64,000 nt of DNA from Phaeosaccion multiseriatum (lineage: Eukaryota > Protista > Ochrophyta, other classes), in contig OZ218962.1 in NCBI GenBank assembly GCA_965112735.1, positions 1,984,001 to 2,048,000 of the forward strand. The letters are read 5' to 3'. The notes beneath the pieces are model-generated. The model did no database searches. It was not told where the DNA came from and worked only from the letters and a program-made list of their open reading frames with translations. This document shows, piece after piece, positions 28,301 to 44,184 of this stretch (position 1 is its first letter; every line of letters starts with the position of its first letter). The position numbers were made by a program, and so were the translations under genes.

Positions 28301-30382
28301 ACACACACCCTAAGTAAGTTGCGTATGAGTTCTTTTAGTTTAGAGTTATGCGTCTGCGTTTGAGTTTGAGTTTGATTAGTCAAGTACAAGCACACACATG
28401 CGCGCATACGCGCACATACGCAAACACATACCCTCACGTCATGTTCCGTCCCCCTCCTTCTCTTTTGCCTTCCTGCTTATGCTGCTTCTCCGTCTCCTCC
28501 TTCTCCTTCTCCTCCTCCTCCTCCTCCTCCTCCTCCTCCTCCTCCTCCTCCTCCTCCTCCTCCTCCTCCTCCTCCTCATCCTCCTCCTCCTCCTCCTTCT
28601 CCTCCTCCTCCTCCTCCTCCTCCTCCTCCTCCTCCTCCTCCTCCTCCTCCTCCTCCTCCTCTCCCTCCTCCTCCTCCTCCTCCATCACCACCACCACCAC
28701 CACCACCTCCTCCTCCTCCTCCTCCTCCTCCTCTCCCTCCCCCTCCTCCTCTCCCTCCTCCTCCTCCTCTCCCTCCTCCTCCTCCTCCTCCTCCTCCATC
28801 ACCACCACCACCACCTCCTCCTCCTCCTCCTCCTCCTCCTCCTCCTCCTCTCCCTCCTCCTCCTCCTCCTCCTCCTCCTCCTCCTCCATCACCACCACCA
28901 CCACCTCCTCCTCCCCCTCCCCCGCCCCATCCCCCCAGCTTCCGCCTCATCCTCCTCAGCAGCGCTTCTGCTGGGAACTTTGGCTTTGCCTCCTTTGCTA
29001 TGAGCGAGTCTCAGGTGGTGTGGTGGCAACAAGACGCAAGACCCCTCAGTACCTCGCTGCGGTCCCGTCGAGTGGCCAGGCTCTTGATGGCACATGGACA
29101 GGTGCGTTGGACGGCCTAGTGGGTCAAGGAAGGAAGGAAGGGGAGCGAGAGAGGAAGGAAGGAAGGAAGGAAGGAAGGAAGAAAGGAAGGAGGGAGGGAA
29201 GGAAGGAAGGAAAGAGGAAGGAAGGAAGGAAGGAGGGAAGGCAGGCAGGCAGGTACGAAGCCAGTAAGCAAGCAAGCAAGGAAGAAAGGAAATACTGACT
29301 ATCTTCCTTTATCCCCCCCCCCCCCCTTCCTGTATCACCAACTCCTTATGTTCGCCTTCTCAGGAGCCGTGCCTCCGTGTGGTGCAGGCGGCGATGAAGG
29401 CATCCGTACCACCAACCGGTGTACTAACCGCTGGCACATCGCCAACTGTTGATGCTGGCGGTGGAGGAGGAAGAGGAAGAGGAGGAGGAGGAGGAGTAGG
29501 AGGAAGAGAGCAGCAGCCCGTGTTGACCGCGATGACGTCGATGATGCGAGCCTCCTCCGATTTTCTTGCTGCACCACACCCCATTGCGCCGCCGCTGCTC
29601 ACCGGTCCCCCGCCTGCCATGTTGGATCTTCATTTGGTGACGAACCTTCTCGTCGCGGAGGCCGCCTTCGGACGTCGTCTTGCCCAACAGGGGGGTGTGG
29701 CGGCTGGAATGGGGGCAGCGGCAGGAGGAGGAGGAGGTGGTGGTGGTGATACAGCAGGTGGGGTCGTCGCCATGGGTGCGCTTGTTGCCCGCACGAGCGC
29801 CCCGACAAACGCCCCCTTCTCGGAGGTAGAGGAGGAGTTTGGGCCACCTGTGCTTCGGCCCGAGGGAGGGGAGGCTGGGGTGCGTGGGTGGGGAGCTACC
29901 GAGGAGCTAGCGAGGCGTTTGGTTGCGGCGGCAGCAGCAGCAGGAGGAAGAGGGGGGGGTGGTGATATGGCACGGTAGTGATGGCAGCTGTGATGGGGTA
30001 CTGAGGGATGGGCGCTGGCGGCGTCAGGGTGTGAATGGGTGTGTGGGTGTGTGGTGTGTGCTTCGGTCTTTGGAGAGGAGAAGAAATGATGGCAGTGGAT
30101 GGATGGAGCCAGTGAGATGGAAGAACCCCCTCCTAACCCCCCCTCCTAACCAAATTAGATATACTTACCAAGGGTACTTACTTGTACTTACACGCCTCCT
30201 CTAGAAAATCGTTCAGCTTGCCAGTCAACGCTCTTTGCGGTTATGACGGTTACAGATTCGGTTACACTTTTTCGTCGTTCTTTTTGACTGGAGTTACTGG
30301 TGTGTACAGGGTAGCCCCCTCTTTGAGACCGCCCGGGCCCGGGGTCGGGAAGGAGGCAGTAAGAACGCAGATGGAGTTGTGA
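1..30382 (+). CDS. Highly divergent dynein heavy chain-like protein, multi-exon, 5' end upstream of the window (AAA3 lid through AAA6/C-terminal region), with many Gly/Ala/Ser/Gln low-complexity inserts
   Basis: Spliced exons give dynein motifs in the correct order: [13 protein letters not shown] (340-633; cf. YxFNLRDLxRVFQ); LARLWCHE|VMKEFVDPL (853-921, 1833-; cf. LxRLWxHE..RVFxDRL); [11 protein letters not shown]|[11 protein letters not shown] (cf. RIxRILxxPxGHALLVG); [18 protein letters not shown] (cf. LLxxGEVPxLF); [26 protein letters not shown]; stalk coiled coil (7858-8020) and [16 protein letters not shown]; [13 protein letters not shown]; LAGDAVCLS; [29 protein letters not shown] (AAA5, ~13490-13590); GFRIVMLTK; [10 protein letters not shown] (AAA6, ~27495). 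The last exon is inferred as 30204-30382. Confidence 0.85.
646..826 (+). repeat. Intronic 23-bp minisatellite (CGTATGCCTCCAATCTGTCTCCT), ~7-8 copies
   Basis: Direct tandem units visible just after the donor at 634. Confidence 0.9.
946..1716 (+). repeat. Intronic (ACTC)n microsatellite
   Basis: About 770 bp of ACTC with occasional ACGC. Same-class arrays lie at 34975-35620, 49547-49870, 50633-51227 and 57033-57248. Confidence 0.98.
11547..12432 (+). repeat. Intronic 27-bp minisatellite (ACCCACCCACCCTCTGTCCTGACACCC), ~32 copies
   Basis: Tandem units that translate as THPPSVLTP repeats and run up to the acceptor at 12439. Confidence 0.95.
15598..15978 (+). repeat. Intronic (GAT)n microsatellite punctuated by GTGT
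   Basis: Directly visible. Confidence 0.95.
16216..16735 (+). repeat. Intronic 11-bp variant minisatellite GACTG(T/C)AGT(TG/GT), ~47 units
   Basis: Three interspersed unit types: GACTGTAGTTG, GACTGTAGTGT, GACTGCAGTGT. Confidence 0.95.
19829..20042 (+). repeat. Intronic 18-bp minisatellite (ATGAGCGTTACTTTGTCT), ~11-12 copies
   Basis: Tandem units with scattered substitutions. Confidence 0.9.
24402..25080. repeat. Inverted trinucleotide pair (GGA)n ... (CCT)n within one intron
   Basis: (GGA)n at ~24402-24718 and (CCT)n at ~24858-25080, separated by ~140 bp of unique sequence. Confidence 0.95.
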
Positions 30383-30451
30383 GAAGATGTGGTCGCTGCT
30401 GCGGGGGAAAGGAGTGTAGAAGCTGTAAGCAGCCATTGTAAGGCGGGAGCG

Positions 30452-37500
<7,049 letters not shown>

Positions 37501-37658
37501 TATGTACACTTACATACTTCTAGGAGTACATAAACACATAGGTGTACCAGTGTCACGAAAAGTACACGTTACATACCCTTTTGTATTATAGTATACTGAT
37601 CCCCCTTGTGGATGTCGGAGCTCACACTCACACAAAGCAACGCACGAGTGTGAGCAGG

Positions 37659-37840
37659 AACCATAGAAAGGTCATACTACTAACTACTGTGGTTAACCAT
37701 AGAAAGGCCATACTACTAACTAGCTACTGTGGTTAACCATAGAAAGGCCATACTACTAACTACTGTGGTTAACCATAGAAAGGCCATACTACCAACTACT
37801 GTGGTTAACCATAGAAAGGCCATTTAACTACTGTGGTTAC
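37659..37840. repeat. Intergenic 36-bp tandem repeat (AACCATAGAAAGGCCATACTACTAACTACTGTGGTT), ~5 copies
   Basis: Head-to-tail units with no spacers. The junctions create the palindrome TGGTTAACCA. Confidence 0.92.
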
Positions 37841-38486
37841 CCTTGCTTGGCCTAGCTACGTCACCAGTTCAGCGGATAGTCTCAACGGACAGCTCTTCTC
37901 TTCTACTACTACCAACTACTCTTGGCTTCATCCTCTGAGATATTGGCTTCATCCTCTGAGATGTATATACTCTGCCTGAACGCCTGCCTGTGGGGGACGT
38001 GGCGAGTGCAAGTAGCAAAGGCTCTGTCTGTCCTCTAGAGAAAGAGAAAGAGAAAGAGAGAGAGACAGGAGGCGGAGACTGATGGTGATGACTGCAACGG
38101 ATGCTGTAAGTCGAGTCGCTCATGCAAGCAGTGCCATTATTGAATGGGACGAAAGTAATGGTGTGGTGAGTTTATTTGGGTTAATACGTAACGAAAATTG
38201 TGGAGGCCCACATTGAAGTTTGGACAACTGGCGACGGCGCACAACTGCTACAACTCGTATACAAAAGCCCTTGTTTCTTGTTTCTCCTTTCGGCGCCCGT
38301 GTACGGCTCAAAAGACACGGAGATACGCACGATCCTGCATGTTCACAGCTCTTTGACTGGCTGAAATTTCTGTTCCATCGCGGTTGCGTTCTCCGGTGTG
38401 TCTCTCTGGCTCTGCACTCGATATAAAACCCTCTCCCCCCTCTCACCTTCCCCTTTTGACTGGTTTACGCCGCTCTGCCTCGGCAT

Positions 38487-39161
38487 ATGTCGACAGGGGC
38501 GGATCTTCTGCGGCAATTGCAGAGCAGGCGAGCAACCCGTACCAAGGCGCAGCCGTCATCTGTGCCTCGTGAGGATCCGTCTCTTTACCAGGGCACAATC
38601 AGGGTCTGTACTGGACTTCACTGTGGCGGTATAAACAGCACCATAGTGCAAGGAGAAGGTGGAACTGGATGTGGGATCTCGGCAGCCTTGCTGGAGATTG
38701 AAGAACTCGTCATGGAGCAGGCACAGTGTGCCAGTGGGCAGCAGCATCATGTCAAGGTAGAGAGCGGAGGCTGTACAGAGCATTGCACAGTCGGCCCCAA
38801 CGTCTTCATCTGCGACAGTAGTAGCGGCAATCACCACTTTACCAAGGTGAACTCTGCCGCCGCGTGCGCAAACGTGGTACAACGCCTGGTCCAGCAACAC
38901 CAACAACACGGCAACGGCGATGACCAGGATGATGAGCACCAAGCATCGCCCGCCGCCCCACTAGTATCTCCCATGCTACGGCGCGCCGAGGGTCTACGGT
39001 GGAAGGCACTCAAGGAGCTCGCACGTGGAGACAAACACGCTGCTGCTACAATGGTGCAGCAAGCAGTGGATGCTGAAGTCAGTGCAGTCAAATCGGACCC
39101 AGTAGCTGTGGCCCGGGCAGACCGACGACGATTGCGGCTCCTGGACAGGTGCTCTTTGTGA
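38487..39161 (+). CDS. Thioredoxin-like [2Fe-2S] ferredoxin domain protein, single exon, 224 aa
   Basis: Clean high-complexity ORF with IRVCTGLHCGG ... VESGGCTEHCTVGPNVFI (Cx4C ... Cx3CxxGP), followed by a helical C-terminal region. Confidence 0.8.
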   Translation: MSTGADLLRQLQSRRATRTKAQPSSVPREDPSLYQGTIRVCTGLHCGGINSTIVQGEGGTGCGISAALLEIEELVMEQAQCASGQQHHVKVESGGCTEHCTVGPNVFICDSSSGNHHFTKVNSAAACANVVQRLVQQHQQHGNGDDQDDEHQASPAAPLVSPMLRRAEGLRWKALKELARGDKHAAATMVQQAVDAEVSAVKSDPVAVARADRRRLRLLDRCSL

Positions 39162-39298
39162 CCTTAGGGACAAGCAGCACAACAACTCACCCCTCGTCTC
39201 TTACTCTGACACTGACAGCAAGAGCACACCCAACAAAAGATGTGCCCTAAATCCTATGTAGAGGCCCTACATCCTATGTAGAGGCCCTACATCCTGTG

Positions 39299-39337
<39 letters not shown>

Positions 39338-40325
39338 CTGCTTTTCCTGATATGATGCAGACCCCTCTCGGAGCATTCGAATCGGTGGTAAGGCTGCGGC
39401 CCTGGTTGGGCGGGTGGCGCATTGGCTTGGAGGGAAGGCTCAGGCCGGAGTTTAGTGGTGGGTGTGCTGTAAACGGGAGCCACAAACCAGGAGTGCTGTA
39501 CTGCACTAGGGATGACGAGGGATGGAGTCAGATGGAGGGGAGCGACTGTCAAGGCAATTCAAGGACTGATTTCGTGTCGAGGTAACAATGGTATATTATA
39601 TATATATATTATATATATATATATAATATATATATATATAGTTGTATGGAGGGGAGCGATTGTTCAGGCAAGGAAGTGCTGCTTCGGTGTCGAGGGAGAC
39701 AGCTTCATGCGAGTCGGGAGCATTGCATCTGGGTAAGCCAGGAAGCGGGGGTGTGAAGAGTATAGCTATGTTACTGTACAGTATCACGTACAATATGCAG
39801 AAATTCGGTGTAAAGAATGTATATTTCGGCTGGAGAGTGAGAAAATATGAAAATGTAGGAGCAGTTTTGGGGGCCCTTACTGTCTCTCTTGACAAGTGTT
39901 GTCAGCGTGCCGTCTTCGTCGTTTTGGAGCTTTTCGACATTTGTAACTCGATTGATGCATCAGATCGTAGTATTAAAGTTAGATGGGATGGCAGTGGACG
40001 GAGGCTCTAATAATATGCCTGCCCAGGGGGTCGTCTCCGACCCCTGTCGGGGCAGCACAAACGGACGCAGCGCCCTCTTTCTCGCTCGAGCTCGCTCTCT
40101 CTCTCTCTCTCAATCTCTCTCAATCTCTCTCTCTCTCGCTCTCAGTCATCGTTGACTTGGAGAAAAAGCAGACAGGCCGTCCTCCCTCTTGGGAAGTACA
40201 GCAGGGAGGGAAGGGGGCAGACGTCTCTCTCTCCTTCGTTTTGCATCAAGTCTCAACACGTACCAAGAGCTTCACACAAATACACACAACACACGCACAC
40301 ACGCACACACACACAATCACACACA

Positions 40326-40364
<39 letters not shown>

Positions 40365-40726
40365 ACTCTATATACTGCGCCTTCAAACACCATCCGACGC
40401 CTTTTGCCATCTTTACATCCCTCACTGAGTGTATAGTAAGGGTCAGGTGAGGTGAGCACACACCACCCCACCTCACTCGAACAAATCCAAAAAACAGGTG
40501 CTACAGATAGAATACATACAGCACGACCACCTGTGTGAAATGAACATCGGGTGGGAGTGGTCGCCAAATGGAAACTGCCCTCCATCTTCTCTCCTGCTTG
40601 CTTGCCTGCTTGCTCAACAGCCAGCAGCCGCAAGTCAATGTCTCAGCTCTCGACCACGCACTCAAACTCACACACGGACACACTGCTCGCACTCACGCAC
40701 TCACGCTCGCACTCACACTCACACAC

Positions 40727-40766
<40 letters not shown>

Positions 40767-40778
40767 TCACACACTTGC

Positions 40779-43700
40779 TCACGCCTCTGCGGGCTGTACG
40801 ACGACGGCCTGCACAATTTGAGGTTGTGCCTGAACCATTTCGGTCTCCAGGACCTTGGCGGGAAGCACCGTTGCCATGAGACCAGATTCCTGTTTGGGTA
40901 GTAAGGTAGTGAGGTAGTGGGGGGGGGGTAGTGAGGAGGGAGGTAGTGAGGTAGTTGGTGAGCAACAAGGTAGGGAACACACACCCACACACCACATACA
41001 CCTGCCACCTGCCACCTGCCACCTGCCGACCCACTTCACTGACATACTGCACCAACCCACCCATTGACATACTGCACCAACCCACCCATTGACTTACCTG
41101 CGCCTTGGCCCTCTCCACAAGATGAAGGGCCGCTCTAAGCTGATTGACCTCCGGGAAGTCCATCATAGAGACTTCCTCTACCCTTGCCTTGACGAGGGCG
41201 GGGTAACCACCAAGCATACCCATGCTGAGAGAGAGGACGTTGGTCTTGATGGTCATGCAGCAGAGGATGTTGAGGAGACGTCGAACCACGGTCTCGTGGC
41301 TGGTGGGTGGGAGGAGAGGGGGGAGGAGGGGGGGGGGGGAGGGGGGGGGAGTTGGAGGGTTTGTTTCGATGGTTAGTTTGATTCTATAGAGGGGGGAGGA
41401 GGGAAGGCGAGAGAGACAGAGAGGGAGAGGGAGAGGGACAGAAGACAGAGAAAGAAAGACGGGGAGAGAGGGGGGGATGGAGGCAGGTGGGCAGAGACTG
41501 GGAGACAGAGAGAGGGATAGGGAGAAGGAGAAAGAAGGAGAGAGAGGCAGAGAGAAGAAGGAGAGAGAGAGGGAGCGCGCGCGCGCGAGCGAGAGAGGCA
41601 GGAACAGAGAGAGAGACGGGGAGAGAGAGAAGGACACAGGGACAGCGAGGGACAGACGCAGGAGAGAGAAGAGGACATACTAGCTGCGCACACGCACACA
41701 CACACACGCGATTACGTAATTCTTAGGTTGATTCTCATAAGGCAACATGTATGCTGCACCCCACCTGTGGATAGAGGCCTTGATCTTGCAACCCTCAAAG
41801 TGCTGTAACGAAGCCCAGGTGACGAGGTAGGTGTTGCGCTTCAGGAAGCCGATGGCACAGGCGTTCTGTAACGCTGTACTCACAAACATGTTGGAATCCG
41901 TAACTGCCATGTCGGCACTGATGCGAATGGGGCCCCAGCCACAAGAGAGGAAGCGGCGCAGCTTGAAGCACCATATGCCGTGCTTGGTGTCGTGGTTGTC
42001 GTAGTAGGCAACCACGGGTTGGCCGTCAACGAGGCCCTTGATGTTGGACTTGTCGCGCACCTGTTGGTGATACAGCAGTGAGTAGGCGGGTGGGTGGGTG
42101 AGTGGGTGAGTGGGTGGGTGGGCGGGTGGGTAAGCGGGTGAACGGGTGGACGGGTGGAGGAGTGAGTGGGTGGAGGAGTGAGTGAGTGAGTGAGTGGGTG
42201 GGTGGGTGGGTGGGTGGGCGAACGGGTGGACGGGTGGAGGAGTGAGTGGGTGGAGGAGTGAGTGGGTGAGTGGGTGGGTGGGTGAGTGGGTGAGCGGGTG
42301 GGTGGGTGAGCGGGTGGGTGGGTGAGTGGGTGAGTGGGTGAGTGGGTGGGTGGGTCGGTGGGTGGGTGATATGTGTGCGCCCGTTTGTGTTTTCAAAAGC
42401 TCTACACCACACCACAGGGCCTCAAAAGAGAGCATGAAGGGCCCTTTCTGCCATCTATAAAAAAAGTTCGATTCAGACAGACGAGGAATCGAATACAATA
42501 CATACGGACCTCGCATACACCGAGCACGGGACTGAGGTTGTAAGATGGACCACTGTTGGAGAAGAGACGCACGAAGAGTCTCATTGAGTCAATCTGCTTG
42601 AGAGAGGGTTTGGCACCGAAGTCGCAGTTCATGTACAGGTAGCCTCCGGACTCGAGTTCGACACCGGCGACGGCGGCCCTTTTTTGAGACAGGTAAAGGG
42701 AGATATAGGAGAGAGGTAGGGTAGGGAGGCGACAGGGGGGGGGGGGAGAGAGGGAGAGAGAGAGAGTGAGACATAGAGAGAGACGCGGGAGAGGAAGGGG
42801 GAGAGGGAGGAGGAGGGGAGGGAGAGGGAGAGGGAGAGGGAGAGAGAGGGTAGAGAGTAGAGAGAGGAAGAGACGACCCCCCCCCCCTGCCCATGTGCCT
42901 CTATCTAAGTACCCATGGCCTCACCTCCTCGCGGAGGACAGGAAGCCTGATTTAAATCCCTTCTCCCCGAGGTAGTAGCTGGTGGTCTTGGAGGCCACGG
43001 TGTGGCGACCCTTGAGCTTCAAGTTGGCGATTCGGTTGGCGAAGAAGTTGACTTCGATGAGGCGGTGGCGGGTTACCAGGATCACACACTGAGGGAATGG
43101 CGTGGGTGGGGTGTTGGTGATACAGGGGTGGGTGGGGTGGGCGGGGTGGGTGGGTACATCGGCAGGTTTGCAAGAAGGAGAAGGAGCAGGGCGTGCAGCA
43201 GAATGAGGAGACAACGGGGAAGGAATGGGTGAGCAGCATGGAGGGGGTCTTGTAGTAAGGCGGGAAACTGTCGCGCAAACACACACACACACACACTATA
43301 TACAACACATGCCCATACACACATGCACACACATACATACACATGTATATATATATATGTTCACGCACACATCCACACAAGTTGGTGATACACACCTGTG
43401 CCTTGAAACGCTTCTGCACGACAAGGAGGTAATAAAGTCCAAAGGTCAGCACGATGAAAATGTACTCCCACCACACAATCTGCTTGGTGGTAGGCAGGGT
43501 GGCGATGACCTCCTCTCCAGGGGCCAGCGCGACGATCTGGGTACTGATGCCCTTGCCGATGGAGGTGTCTTCGTCGGTTACCGCCAAGCCGTTCATGTCG
43601 CCTCTGTTGGAGGGATGGCAGTGGATGGATGGATGGGTGGGTGCATGGGTGGGTGGATGGATGGGTGGGTGGGTGGGTGGATGGGTGGGTGGGTGGATGG

Positions 43701-44148
43701 GTGGGTGGGTGGGTGGGTGGGTGGGTGGGTGGGTGGGTGGGTGGATGGGTGGGTGGGTGGATGGGTGGATGGGTGGATGGATGGGTGGGTGGATGGATGG
43801 ATGGGTGGGTGGATGGATGGATGGATGGATGGATGGATGGATGGATGGATGGATGGATGGATGGATGGATGGATGGATGGATGGATGGATGGATGGATGG
43901 ATGGATGGATGGATGGATGGATGGATGGATGGATGGATGGATGGATGGATGGATGGATGGATGGATGGATGGATGGATGGATGGATGGATGGATGGATGG
44001 ATGGATGGATGGATGGATGGATGGATGGATGGATGGATGGATGGATGGATGGATGGATGGATGGATGGATGGATGGATGGATGGATGGATGGATGGATGG
44101 ATGGATGGATGGATGGATGGATGGATGGATGGATGGATGGATGGATGG

Positions 44149-44184
<36 letters not shown>

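Noticed and set aside
37659-37840. 36-bp repeats as a CRISPR array
   Set aside because: Head-to-tail with no unique spacers, no cas genes, and a eukaryotic context.
39200-40700. Short ORFs between the ferredoxin gene and the three-repeat gene
   Set aside because: No recognisable motifs or consistent splice structure; likely convergent 3' UTR/intergenic DNA.
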